Assembly (NCBI GenBank): GCA_041749535.1
Contig: JBGTBE010000042.1
Coordinates: 70,702-134,701 of the forward strand
Length of the DNA: 64,000 nucleotides
Direction of reading: 5' to 3'
Source: Cryomorpha sp.
GTDB taxonomy: Bacteria; Bacteroidota; Bacteroidia; Flavobacteriales_D; Cryomorphaceae
Below are positions 39,754-49,922 of this stretch, piece after piece. The translations under genes were made by a program, and so were the position numbers. The notes beneath the pieces were generated by a model, which did not search any database, was not told the DNA's origin, and worked only from the letters and a program-made list of their open reading frames with translations. Every line of letters starts with the position of its first letter. Positions within the stretch are counted from its first letter, which is position 1.

Positions 39754-42258
39754 TTGTGCACCTTCGCTTACTTGGAACAACCACACTTCAATCACAAACA
39801 CATAGAATATGCCGGCCTCTCAGCTGAAGATGTAGTAGCCCAACGCGCGCTCAACGGTACCAATGCACTCGGCCACCGACAAAGACAGTTTTTGCAGCAT
39901 CTTTTTTCGGTGATTAAAGAGCCCATGTTTCTGCTGCTTATGGCGGCATGCATCATCTACTTCTTGCTCAAGGAACTCCCTGAAGGGTTTACCATGCTCG
40001 CAGCACTCCTGTTTGTAGCAGGAATCGATGTGTTTCAAAATTTCAGAAGCCAGCGGGCAGTGAAGGCCCTTGGCCGCATTACTGCATCTAGTGTAAAGGT
40101 TATTCGCAATGCGGCCATCACCGAAGTAGCCATTGAAGAATTGGTTACGCAAGATGTAATAATATGCGATGAAGGAACTGTGGTGCCCGCCGATGCAAGC
40201 ATACTTTCATCCTATGATTTCAGCGTGAATGAAGCGATCCTTACGGGAGAGTCTGTTTCGGTAGAAAAAATTGCTCCTGACCCCATCATGCAAGGAACCT
40301 TGGTAGTGAGAGGATACTGCTATGCAAAAGTAACTGCAGTGGGCAAGCAAACCACCCTGGGAGGTATTGGCGCGTTGGTGGCACAATCTGGCAAGGAAAA
40401 GACCCCTTTGCAGGAAAAGGTAAACCGGTTCGTGAAAACCATGGTCATTGCCGGCAGTTTGGCATTCGTATTTGTATGGGCTTATTATTGGTGGAAGGAT
40501 GGCAGCATCATTTACGGTCTGCTCCAGGGACTCACCATGGCCATGTCGGTTTTACCAGAGGAAATACCCGTGGCACTTTCCACCTTTATGGCGCTAGGTG
40601 CCTACCGACTTCTGAAATATGGAGTGATAGCCAGAAGCCCTAAAACAGTAGAAACCCTGGGTTCAGCTACAGTGATATGCCTGGACAAGACAGGCACGCT
40701 CACCCAGAATCTTATGGAGGTGCAAAGTGCGTATAGCTTTTCTTCACTTGGCGAAATAAAATATGCAACAGCCACTGAAGCGGATGAGGTGCTGGAATAC
40801 GCCATGTGGGCGAGTGAGGAGCATCCATTTGACCCCATGGAGATTTCCATCCACGACTTGTATGCGAAGCTTTGTAAAGGAGACTTGCGACCTGAATTCA
40901 AGATGGTCCGTGAATTTCCCCTTTCGGGAAAACCACCTGTGATGACCCACATATTCCAAAACAATACCTTGGAGTGGAAGATAGGCTGTAAAGGAGGACT
41001 AGAAGGTATTTTGAACATGTGCCACCTGTCTTCTGATGTGAGGGAAATGCTGGTGCAGCAGGGGCTCAACTATGCGAAAAAAGGGTTGCGTGTACTCGGT
41101 GTGGCAAAAGGAAAACTTGCTGCAGAATCACTGCCCAAAACCCAGGAAGAAATCGAATTTACCTTTCTCGGAATCATCACCTTTTACGACCCCCCGGTTG
41201 ATGGCATCGCCGGTGTGATACAGGATTTCTACAACGCTGGTATAGATGTAAAAATGATAACTGGCGACTACAAAGAAACGGCCCTTGCTGTAGCTGCTCA
41301 AACAGGAATCAAAGCCGACGCTTCCATGAACGGCGACGAGATTGACAAGCTTGATGATGCCGCATTGTGCAAAGCCATCGAGGGGGTAAGTGTATTTGCG
41401 AGGGTATCGCCCAGTGCCAAACTCAGGGTGGTTGAAGCACTTAAAAACAATGGAGAAATTGTGGCCATGACAGGCGATGGGGTGAATGACGGCCCGGCGC
41501 TCAAAGCTGCCCACATAGGCATAGCCATGGGAAAACGAGGCACCGATGTTGCCAAAGGTGCCGCGGGGATTGTACTTTCCAAGGACGATCTTTCCAAGAT
41601 GACCGATGCCATATTTCTAGGGCGCAGAATCAATGTGAATCTCACCAAGGCCATCCGCTACATCATTTCCATACACATACCCATAATTCTGCTGGTCACC
41701 ATGCCCATCTTCTTCGGATGGCTTCCTGCACTGCTCTTCGCGCCAGTGCACGTGATTTTCCTTGAACTCATCATGGGGCCCACCTGCTCCATTATATATG
41801 AAAACGATCCTGTTCCGAAAAGTGACCTTAAACATCCATTGAAAGGAAGCGGTAAGAATTTGCTGAGCTTCTCTCAACTCGGATTCACAATACTGCAAGG
41901 AATCATGATTACAGCAGCTTGTCTGCTTGCCGGGTTCTATGGGTACCAATCAGGGTTTGACGACACGAAGAGTCGCGCCTTGATTTTCACCACCCTTATT
42001 TTATCCAATATTTTTCTCACCCTTGTGAACAGGTCGTTTACAAAGTCCATCTTTCAAACCATACGCCGAAAGAATGGGTTACTGCCTTTAATTATTGGTA
42101 TTTCACTTGCTATGCTCTTCACGTTGCTGTACACCCCAATGGCAAGGATACTCTTTGAGCTATCGGTACTCACAGCCAGGGAACTCGCCATCTGCGCAGC
42201 ATTTGCAGGGGCAGGTGTATTCTGGACAGAGCCATTCAAGAGTTGGAAAAATTCCTGA
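39754..42258 (+). CDS. P2/P3-type cation-transporting ATPase (Ca2+/Mg2+-type, not heavy-metal)
   Basis: It has a cation-ATPase N-terminal motif (GLSAEDVVAQRALNGTNAL), DKTGTLTQN, TGDGVNDGPALKAAHIGIAMG, a PEEIP TM4 motif, and no CPC. The track start is a TTG, and the true start is uncertain. Confidence 0.85.
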   Translation: MCTFAYLEQPHFNHKHIEYAGLSAEDVVAQRALNGTNALGHRQRQFLQHLFSVIKEPMFLLLMAACIIYFLLKELPEGFTMLAALLFVAGIDVFQNFRSQRAVKALGRITASSVKVIRNAAITEVAIEELVTQDVIICDEGTVVPADASILSSYDFSVNEAILTGESVSVEKIAPDPIMQGTLVVRGYCYAKVTAVGKQTTLGGIGALVAQSGKEKTPLQEKVNRFVKTMVIAGSLAFVFVWAYYWWKDGSIIYGLLQGLTMAMSVLPEEIPVALSTFMALGAYRLLKYGVIARSPKTVETLGSATVICLDKTGTLTQNLMEVQSAYSFSSLGEIKYATATEADEVLEYAMWASEEHPFDPMEISIHDLYAKLCKGDLRPEFKMVREFPLSGKPPVMTHIFQNNTLEWKIGCKGGLEGILNMCHLSSDVREMLVQQGLNYAKKGLRVLGVAKGKLAAESLPKTQEEIEFTFLGIITFYDPPVDGIAGVIQDFYNAGIDVKMITGDYKETALAVAAQTGIKADASMNGDEIDKLDDAALCKAIEGVSVFARVSPSAKLRVVEALKNNGEIVAMTGDGVNDGPALKAAHIGIAMGKRGTDVAKGAAGIVLSKDDLSKMTDAIFLGRRINVNLTKAIRYIISIHIPIILLVTMPIFFGWLPALLFAPVHVIFLELIMGPTCSIIYENDPVPKSDLKHPLKGSGKNLLSFSQLGFTILQGIMITAACLLAGFYGYQSGFDDTKSRALIFTTLILSNIFLTLVNRSFTKSIFQTIRRKNGLLPLIIGISLAMLFTLLYTPMARILFELSVLTARELAICAAFAGAGVFWTEPFKSWKNS

Positions 42259-42282
42259 ACAAGACTGCCGAAAACCAGCGCA

Positions 42283-45006
42283 TTAGAAGAAGAAATTCTG
42301 GTCGCCGCCCAGGTTTCTGTTCATTTCGAGTTTCAGGTCGCGGAGCATGGATGATTTGATAAAAAGGCTGAGATTAAAGCTCTTTCTGGTACCGAATGGC
42401 ACCACCCTTGCGTTGAACTCCCAGCAATTTAAATCTACAATGAAAAAGAGGGTGGTGGGTGTGAGTTCCTTGGTTTCAAAATCGTAACCAGAGTTTATAT
42501 TTACCTTAACCTTCTTAAAAAATTCCAATCCACCAGTTACCTGAATACTTTGGGTAATTGCAAGGGTATCAATTATTCCAAAACCCTCAGCGAGCATAAT
42601 GCTCTCTCTTACTTTCCGCACCCCAAGGGCGTATCCGAAAGTGGCATTCCAGGGAATGCTGAATTTACCGCCACCTTTGGCATCCGGTCCTTCAAGTGGT
42701 TTCCCGTTTTCGTCCATTCCTTCGGTGGTGGCAGTTGATGCACCCGGTTGCCGCTTAAACATGGCATTGCTGAGGCCGCTTGCATTCACAGCAACAGTTC
42801 CATTCTCAAAAGATGCCAGCTTGCCGGTGGAATTATACAGATAGCGGTCTACGCGGGCAATGCTTGCATCAGTGCCACTTGAATTCTGCACTGCTACATA
42901 TGAGTAAGGATCGAAAACGGCCCTTGCGTTGATGTTTGCGTACTTGGTAAGTTTGGTGCGCCCGCTCAGGCTGATGGTTGACAACTTGAGCGAGTCGGCA
43001 GCAAGGTTGTAGGTGCCGTTGGCTTGAATGTTTTCGATAATGGGAACTTTTACGAATTTATTTGCCGTGTCTCTGCGCGAAAGCATTTTGGCTTCAAGGT
43101 TGTTCACCAGGCTAAATGTTATCAGACTCGATGCACCGGAAGGTGGCCCACTATATACTGCCCCGTCATAGGGTGAGTAGCTGCCCAGACTTCCATCGGC
43201 ACCATAAAAACCATATACCCTCGCATCAAAATTTGGACTCACAGAATACCCAACTGATGGCGTGAGGGTATGGCGTATGGCTTTGATGCGTCCTGTGCGA
43301 AAGGAGTACATTCCGTACACCTTGGTGGTGGCAGAGACGCCCGCATTCCAGTTGTTGTTTCGGTCGAAGCCTATGATGGTATCCTGCACATAGGACTGTA
43401 AATCTGGATCGAATGTTCGGGACAAGGTAGAGTAGTACCAGCGCTCGTTGTATGAGAAGCTCGGATTGATAGTTACGGGCCCTGCTTTCAATGAAGTGCT
43501 GAGCCCAACTGTATGCCGTGCTCCGTTTCGAAAATCTTTCATGAGGTTGTCCAGATTGTTCAGAGAAATCTCGCTCTCATTGGCGGTAAGCCTGTTCTGG
43601 AAAGCACTGCCATACGTGAGCCCTATCTTCTCATAAAACCTTTGCTTCGTGCCATTGTTAAATAGACCTGCCAGGGGAAATGTACGCGTTCTGTTAATGG
43701 TGATTTCGGGAATGGTGAAATTGTACACAGCACCTTGATCGCCTGCGCTGTTAGAGTTTTGATCGTGGCCGGCATTCACATTAAAACTCCAGGGTGAGTC
43801 ATAGAAACGCTTTTGGTAGGTAATGTTACTTCTGAAGGTGTTGGTAAGGAAGTCGTCCTGATTGGCGTTGAGGTTGTTTCTGAAAGTGGCTGAACTACCT
43901 ACGCTCAAATCGGCAGAAAAATTCGAATTGGGCTTGGCTTTTATGTCCTGAATATGCCTCCACGTTACAAAGAAGCTACGGTCTTCAGAGTAGTTTAGCA
44001 ATTCTTTATCGCCCAGCTTTCGCACCAGGTATTGTGCATCCAGGTTGCCCGTGTACTTGTAATTTCGCTTATAGGTCACCTGATCTCTTAGCGCCCAGCT
44101 ACCTCGAGAATAGATGTCAGCAAGAATCTTGTTGTCCACATACTCGTTGATGGGCAGGTAAAAACCGAGATTGCTCAAAAAATATCCTTGTTCCTGCCCA
44201 TTTCCATATCCGGGAATGATGATGCCTGCCTGCTTCTTGTCCGTATTCGGGAAATAACCAAAAGGAAAAACCAGCGGCGTGGGAACCCCATGCAGTGCGA
44301 GATAGCCTGGCCCAGTCACGATCTTATCATTCTTGATGAGCTTTAGTTTGCCTACCTTGATCCGGGTTTTTGCATTGGGATCCTCGCAGGGGCAGTACTC
44401 CCCTTTCCGAACATATATTACGTCACCACCCTGCACCATCTTCACATCTTTTCCCGTGAGCGTACCCTCAATCACTTCTGTAAATACCTGCCGCACAAAG
44501 GCCTTTTTGCTCTTGAAATTATACTGCATGGTAAACCCGTCGAACTCATTGGCCCCATCCTTAAATTTGGGCAACCCGCTCCACACACCCAGGGAATCCT
44601 GCACACCACTGGCCGTTACGGTAAATGTTGCAAAATCGTATTCGATGTATGCGGCATTGAGCGATATGGTGCCGTAGGTTACTACTGCATCTCCATACAG
44701 ATATACCTTTTTGTTCACCACATCGTTGTCTATAGAGTCTCGGGCGTCCAGCACCACTTCAGTTTGAATGGGCGAACGGTACACATTGCTGTCGGGAGGA
44801 ATGGTATCAGTTGCGATGGTATCCGGGGGCAAAACGTTAAGCTGTATGAGGGTGGTATCAGCAGATGGGTTTTCCGGCGTGATTTGTGCAAAAGCAAGGC
44901 TGGCATTTATGAACACCAATACAAGGATAAAACACCGTATAAGTGCAATCCTAGCTGGGCGCTTATGTATAATTTTACTGATTGCCAAACAATGATTAAA
45001 GTCCAA
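42283..45006 (-). CDS. LptD-like outer-membrane LPS-assembly protein
   Basis: It is 907 aa. It has an N-terminal OstA-like domain (KKVYLYGDAVVTYGTISLNAAYIEYD), a long beta-barrel-like C-terminus, and a secretion signal. Confidence 0.6.
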   Translation of the reverse strand: MDFNHCLAISKIIHKRPARIALIRCFILVLVFINASLAFAQITPENPSADTTLIQLNVLPPDTIATDTIPPDSNVYRSPIQTEVVLDARDSIDNDVVNKKVYLYGDAVVTYGTISLNAAYIEYDFATFTVTASGVQDSLGVWSGLPKFKDGANEFDGFTMQYNFKSKKAFVRQVFTEVIEGTLTGKDVKMVQGGDVIYVRKGEYCPCEDPNAKTRIKVGKLKLIKNDKIVTGPGYLALHGVPTPLVFPFGYFPNTDKKQAGIIIPGYGNGQEQGYFLSNLGFYLPINEYVDNKILADIYSRGSWALRDQVTYKRNYKYTGNLDAQYLVRKLGDKELLNYSEDRSFFVTWRHIQDIKAKPNSNFSADLSVGSSATFRNNLNANQDDFLTNTFRSNITYQKRFYDSPWSFNVNAGHDQNSNSAGDQGAVYNFTIPEITINRTRTFPLAGLFNNGTKQRFYEKIGLTYGSAFQNRLTANESEISLNNLDNLMKDFRNGARHTVGLSTSLKAGPVTINPSFSYNERWYYSTLSRTFDPDLQSYVQDTIIGFDRNNNWNAGVSATTKVYGMYSFRTGRIKAIRHTLTPSVGYSVSPNFDARVYGFYGADGSLGSYSPYDGAVYSGPPSGASSLITFSLVNNLEAKMLSRRDTANKFVKVPIIENIQANGTYNLAADSLKLSTISLSGRTKLTKYANINARAVFDPYSYVAVQNSSGTDASIARVDRYLYNSTGKLASFENGTVAVNASGLSNAMFKRQPGASTATTEGMDENGKPLEGPDAKGGGKFSIPWNATFGYALGVRKVRESIMLAEGFGIIDTLAITQSIQVTGGLEFFKKVKVNINSGYDFETKELTPTTLFFIVDLNCWEFNARVVPFGTRKSFNLSLFIKSSMLRDLKLEMNRNLGGDQNFFF

Positions 45007-45031
45007 AACTAAGGATTTAGCAAGGGAAACA

Positions 45032-46243
45032 ATGGGCTCAAAGATGCATCATATTGAAAGAAAAACTTGGAGAATGTGGCTGCTTTGCTCCACAGTGCTC
45101 GCGACAGGATTGCTCATCGCAGCATCAACCATGCCAAAACCTAGAAGTGGCAAAGCCCTAAGGCGGGTGGTAATCGATGCCGGTCACGGGGGGAAAGACC
45201 CTGGCAATCTGGGCACTGGCAGGTACAAAGTAACTGAGAAAACGGTGGCGCTCAACGTAGCAAAGCAAGTGGGCGATTACATTAAGACCGCCTTTCCAGA
45301 TGTTGAAGTGCTTTACACGCGCAATACAGATGTGTTCCTTCCCCTGCACGAGCGCACTAAATTTGCCAACACAAAATCTGCTGATCTTTTCATCTCTATT
45401 CACTGCGATGCCTTCACCAGAGAAGGAGCAAAGGGATGCGGCTCTTATGTAATGGGAGCTGCAAAAACAGATGCAAACCTGCGCATGGCCCAGCGGGAGA
45501 ACCAGGCCATCCTATTGGAAGACGACCGAGACAAACACTACGGAGATTTTGACCCCAACTCCCCCGAAGGACTTATAGAGCTCAGCTTGCGACAAAATGC
45601 ACACATACACCAGAGCCTGCGCTTTGCGAAGAAAGTACAGGACCAGATGCGCACCCGCGTAGGGCGCGAGGACAGGGGGGTGAAGCAGGCTCCTTTTTGG
45701 GTCATCTCCTTCACCACCATGCCCAGCGTTTTAATTGAATTGGGATTTCTCACCAACAAAGAAGAAGAAGACTTTTTGGTGAGTACCCAGGGGCAAGAAT
45801 ATGTTTCATCGGCCATATACAGGGCATTTAAAGAATACAAAACAGAAATTGAAAGCCTGGAAGCCACAGTGGGTACATCACAAACCCATGAGACCAATAC
45901 AAATGCGGAGAACCCCGACCCCAAGCCTGCACAGACCATTGATGCTCCGGTGACTAGCGGAAACAGTGATGTAATATTTAAGGTACAGCTGCTCTCCTCA
46001 TCGAACCCGGTGGCATTGAAACCCGAGAATTTTAATGGGCTCAACAACGTGGAGGAGTATAGAGATAACGAAATGTATAAATATCTTTGGGGCGCAGCTG
46101 ATGAGTATGAAGCAGCCAAGAATATGCAGAAAACTGTGCGCGAAACCGGATACAAAGGAGCTTTTGTGGTGGCATTTGACGCTGATAACAAGCGCATACC
46201 ACTCGATGAAGCTATAAAAAAGGCAACGGGCAAAACCAAATAA
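45032..46243 (+). CDS. N-acetylmuramoyl-L-alanine amidase (Amidase_3) with a C-terminal SPOR-like region
   Basis: It has the VVIDAGHGGKDPG zinc-site motif and the downstream catalytic Glu block. Confidence 0.85.
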   Translation: MGSKMHHIERKTWRMWLLCSTVLATGLLIAASTMPKPRSGKALRRVVIDAGHGGKDPGNLGTGRYKVTEKTVALNVAKQVGDYIKTAFPDVEVLYTRNTDVFLPLHERTKFANTKSADLFISIHCDAFTREGAKGCGSYVMGAAKTDANLRMAQRENQAILLEDDRDKHYGDFDPNSPEGLIELSLRQNAHIHQSLRFAKKVQDQMRTRVGREDRGVKQAPFWVISFTTMPSVLIELGFLTNKEEEDFLVSTQGQEYVSSAIYRAFKEYKTEIESLEATVGTSQTHETNTNAENPDPKPAQTIDAPVTSGNSDVIFKVQLLSSSNPVALKPENFNGLNNVEEYRDNEMYKYLWGAADEYEAAKNMQKTVRETGYKGAFVVAFDADNKRIPLDEAIKKATGKTK

Positions 46244-46251
46244 TCACCTAA

Positions 46252-47274
46252 GTGAAACTAAACAGGGAAACGAAAATAGGGCTTGTGGTCGTGGTGGCAA
46301 TCGTCCTCGTCTACATAGGCGTTAATTTCCTGAAAGGCATTTACGTATTCAACAAGCCTGTGATGTACTACGGTATTTACGAAAAGGTAAATGGCCTTCA
46401 GGCATCGAATCCCGTGGTGCTCAATGGATTCAAAATAGGTCAGGTACGCAGTGTAGAACTTATAGATGGTGGCCGTGGCGGCCTTATCGTGAGCATGACC
46501 ATATATGAGGATGTGGCCATACCAAAAGATTCCAAGGCGGCACTAAAAAGCGCTGACCTGCTGGGAAGCATGCAAATAGATATACGATTGGGAAAAAGCA
46601 GTATCATGGCCCAGTCTGGAGATACCCTCACCCCAACTATAGAAGGCGACCTGGTAGAAGAAGTAAATGCCCAATTGAGGCCTATAAAAGTAAAGGCTGA
46701 AGGCCTTATCTCATCTGTTGATTCCGTAATCAGGGTGATGGAAGCCATTCTGAATGCCGATTCACAACAGAACCTGATCGAGAGTTTTCAGGGAATTAAT
46801 AATGCAATTGCAAGCCTGGAAAGAACAGCCTTCAGGGTAGATACCCTGGTTAAAGAAGAAAAATCCAGGATAAGTTCCATTTTGCAGAATATAGACAACC
46901 TCACCAAAACACTAAGTGACAACAGTGAGAACCTTTCTTCCATACTGACAAATTTCAACACCATAAGCGATCAATTGGCCAAAGCCGAAATCGCCAACAC
47001 CATCAATTCCGCAAACGAAGCCCTCTCGGAGCTGAAGACTGCCATCGAAAAAATAAACAGCGGCGACGGATCTTTGGGTATGCTGCTCAACAACGATTCC
47101 CTGTACAACAACCTCAACATGGCTTCGAACAATCTGGACCTACTTCTGGAAGATATGCGCATAAATCCCAACCGATATGTGCAAGTTTCTTTGTTCGGCA
47201 AGAAAAATAAAAAAGTAGAGCTCTCCCGGCAGGAAATGGAGCAGCTCAAAGAATATGTGAATTCGGGTAAATAA
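46252..47274 (+). CDS. MlaD/MCE-domain protein
   Basis: It has an N-terminal TM segment, an MCE domain, and a long coiled-coil C-terminus. Confidence 0.8.
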   Translation: MKLNRETKIGLVVVVAIVLVYIGVNFLKGIYVFNKPVMYYGIYEKVNGLQASNPVVLNGFKIGQVRSVELIDGGRGGLIVSMTIYEDVAIPKDSKAALKSADLLGSMQIDIRLGKSSIMAQSGDTLTPTIEGDLVEEVNAQLRPIKVKAEGLISSVDSVIRVMEAILNADSQQNLIESFQGINNAIASLERTAFRVDTLVKEEKSRISSILQNIDNLTKTLSDNSENLSSILTNFNTISDQLAKAEIANTINSANEALSELKTAIEKINSGDGSLGMLLNNDSLYNNLNMASNNLDLLLEDMRINPNRYVQVSLFGKKNKKVELSRQEMEQLKEYVNSGK

Positions 47275-47275
47275 C

Positions 47276-48607
47276 TTGAATATGGGAATATCAAATTTTG
47301 TATTTCTCCTCATACTCATTGCAGCAGGCGGCGCCTTTGCTTGGCAGGTGAGAAAAATACGCCGCAACATCATGCTTGGCAAACCTGTGGACCGCAACGA
47401 CCGCAAAGCAGAGCGCCTCGCCATCATGACAAAGGTGGCCCTGGGTCAGTCCAAAATGGTGGTGCGCCCATTGGCAGGTATCATGCACATCTTCATATAT
47501 GTGGGCTTCGTGATCATCAACCTCGAAGTGCTCGAAATCATCATTGATGGCGTATTCGGAACACACCGTATTTTTGCTTCCCTCGGCGGGTTTTATGACT
47601 TCCTGATAGGCAGTTTTGAAATTCTGGCATTGCTCGTTTTTGTGGCATGTGTGGTATTTCTCGCAAGGCGAAATGTGGGCAACATACGCCGATTTACCAT
47701 GTCGGAACTGAAGGGATGGCCAAAAAACGATGCCAACATCATCCTGATTGTAGAAATTGTGCTTATGGGCGCCTTTCTCACCATGAATGCAGCCGACTAC
47801 CTCCTGCAAATGCGTGGTGACCCCCACTACCCTTTGGCGGGCTCCTTCCCCGTGAGCAGCTATATCGCCCCACTGTTCGAGAATCTTACCAACGATGGAC
47901 TCATAGCTGTAGAGCGCACCGCATGGTGGCTGCACATTGTGGGCATCCTGCTTTTTCTCAATTACCTGCCCATTTCAAAACATTTTCACATCATCCTTGC
48001 ATTCCCCAATGTGTACTTCAGCAACCTGAACCCCATGGGAAAACTGAGCAGTATGGACCGGGTAACGCAGGAGGTAAGGCTTATGATGGACCCGGATGCC
48101 GACCCCTACGCTGCACCACCTGAAGGAGCTGCAGATGTAGTACCTGAAAAATTTGGCGCCAAAGACGTCACAGACCTCACCTGGAAAAATCTGATGGATG
48201 CATACTCCTGTACGGAATGTGGGCGCTGCACATCCGAATGCCCCGCAAACATTACTGGAAAGCTGCTCTCACCCCGGAAAATAATGATGGATACCAGGGA
48301 CAGGCTTGAAGAGGTAGGCAGAAATATTGACAAACATGGTAAGGGCCACGATGATGGCAAGTCCCTGCTCCGAGATTACATAAGCGAAGAAGAACTTTGG
48401 GCTTGCACTACCTGCAATGCTTGTGTAGAAGCCTGCCCGGTGAACATCAGTCCGTTGGAAATAATTGTAGACCTGCGCAGGTATTTGGTGATGGAGGAGA
48501 GCAAATCGCCCCCTGAACTCACTGCTGTGTACAACAACATTGAGAACAACGGCGCCCCCTGGGCTTTTGCCCAGGCTGACAGACTAAAATGGGCCGAAGA
48601 AAAATAA
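47276..48607 (+). CDS. Membrane-anchored (Fe-S)-binding protein (2x[4Fe-4S], HdrD/GlpC-like N-terminal half)
   Basis: It has an N-terminal stretch of about 5 TM helices, then CTECGRCTSECP and CTTCNACVEACP. The start is a TTG. Confidence 0.75.
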   Translation: MNMGISNFVFLLILIAAGGAFAWQVRKIRRNIMLGKPVDRNDRKAERLAIMTKVALGQSKMVVRPLAGIMHIFIYVGFVIINLEVLEIIIDGVFGTHRIFASLGGFYDFLIGSFEILALLVFVACVVFLARRNVGNIRRFTMSELKGWPKNDANIILIVEIVLMGAFLTMNAADYLLQMRGDPHYPLAGSFPVSSYIAPLFENLTNDGLIAVERTAWWLHIVGILLFLNYLPISKHFHIILAFPNVYFSNLNPMGKLSSMDRVTQEVRLMMDPDADPYAAPPEGAADVVPEKFGAKDVTDLTWKNLMDAYSCTECGRCTSECPANITGKLLSPRKIMMDTRDRLEEVGRNIDKHGKGHDDGKSLLRDYISEEELWACTTCNACVEACPVNISPLEIIVDLRRYLVMEESKSPPELTAVYNNIENNGAPWAFAQADRLKWAEEK

Positions 48608-48626
48608 TGCGACAAAGACATTTGCC

Positions 48627-49418
48627 ATGAGCGAAACCTTAAAAGTGCCCACGATGGCTGAAATGCTTGCCAACGGCTCAGTGCCGGAAGTACTCTTCTG
48701 GGTGGGCTGTGCCGGAAGTTTCGACGATAGGGCTAAGAAAATCACACGGGCGATTGTAAAAATTCTCAATAAAACCGGTGTTTCATTTGCCGTACTGGGC
48801 ACCGAAGAGAGCTGCTCAGGCGACCCTGCAAAGCGGGCTGGCAACGAGTTTCTCTTTCAGATGCAGGCCATGCTGAACATACAGGTGCTAAACGGGTACG
48901 AGGTAAAGAAAATCGTGACGGGGTGCCCCCATTGCTTCAACACCCTGAAGAACGAATACCCTGCGCTGGGAGGAAACTATGAAGTGTTGCACCACACACA
49001 ATTTATCCAAGGTCTTATGAATGAAGGTAGATTGAAGGTGGAAGGAGGGGCTTTCAAAGGCAAGCGCATCACCTTTCATGACCCCTGCTACCTGGGCCGG
49101 GGCAATGGAGAGTACGAAGCACCACGTGCCCTTCTGGAAAAACTTGATGCAGAACTTGTGGAAATGCGCAGGTGCAAATCAAAAGGACTCTGCTGCGGAG
49201 CGGGTGGTGCACAGATGTTTAAGGAAGCTGAGAAAGGCAACAAAGAAGTGAATATAGAACGCACTGAAGAAGCCCTTGAAAATAAACCACAGATCATTGC
49301 CACGGGATGCCCCTTCTGCAATACCATGATGACCGACGGGGTGAAGAACTTCAACAAAGAGACCGAAACCAAAGTAATGGATGTGGCAGAACTCATTGCC
49401 CAAGCCGCCGATTTGTGA
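48627..49418 (+). CDS. CCG-domain (cysteine-rich) Fe-S protein (HdrD/LutA-like C-terminal half)
   Basis: It has two CCG motifs (GCPHCFNTL...YHDPCYLGRG and CCGAGG...GCPFCN). Confidence 0.75.
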   Translation: MSETLKVPTMAEMLANGSVPEVLFWVGCAGSFDDRAKKITRAIVKILNKTGVSFAVLGTEESCSGDPAKRAGNEFLFQMQAMLNIQVLNGYEVKKIVTGCPHCFNTLKNEYPALGGNYEVLHHTQFIQGLMNEGRLKVEGGAFKGKRITFHDPCYLGRGNGEYEAPRALLEKLDAELVEMRRCKSKGLCCGAGGAQMFKEAEKGNKEVNIERTEEALENKPQIIATGCPFCNTMMTDGVKNFNKETETKVMDVAELIAQAADL

Positions 49419-49921
49419 TGAACACAACCAACCTACTCCACACTGACCTGCCCGCCCTGCACCCTACTTCAAGGGTGTGGATCTACCAAAGCAGCAGGGC
49501 ATTTACCAACGAAGAACTCACCTGGCTGAATACGGAGTGCGACATATTTACCAAAAACTGGAAAGCCCACGGGGCAGCACTGCGCACCGATTTCCGCATT
49601 TTTTATAAGCGCTTCATTTGTTTATTTGTGGATGAAAGTGCCTACGGCGCAAGTGGTTGCAGCATAGATGGTTCAGTGCGATTTATATTGAACATAGAAC
49701 AAAAGCTGGGCATATCGCTCACCAACCGCCTCGATGTGGCTGTCTTATCCGGGAATGAAGTAAAAACATACCACCTGAACGATTTACCCAAATTGAAAAA
49801 AGAAGGGGTGATCAATGATGAAACGCTGGTATTCAACAACCTTGTGTCAAACCTTCAGGACATGGCCACTGAATGGGTATTGCCCATCTCTCAGAGCTGG
49901 CATCAGCGAATGATGGGTTGA
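49418..49921 (+). CDS. Conserved hypothetical protein (in Bacteroidota often mis-annotated as 'ABC transporter ATPase')
   Basis: Its ATG overlaps the TGA stop of the upstream CCG gene, sharing the ATGA motif, which suggests translational coupling. There is no Walker motif. The track's longer ORF start at 49307 is rejected. Confidence 0.5.
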   Translation: MNTTNLLHTDLPALHPTSRVWIYQSSRAFTNEELTWLNTECDIFTKNWKAHGAALRTDFRIFYKRFICLFVDESAYGASGCSIDGSVRFILNIEQKLGISLTNRLDVAVLSGNEVKTYHLNDLPKLKKEGVINDETLVFNNLVSNLQDMATEWVLPISQSWHQRMMG

Positions 49922-49922
49922 A

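Noticed and set aside
49307-49417. N-terminal extension of the track ORF 49307..49921
   Set aside because: It overlaps the CCG-domain gene in another frame, and the ATGA-coupled start at 49418 is more plausible.
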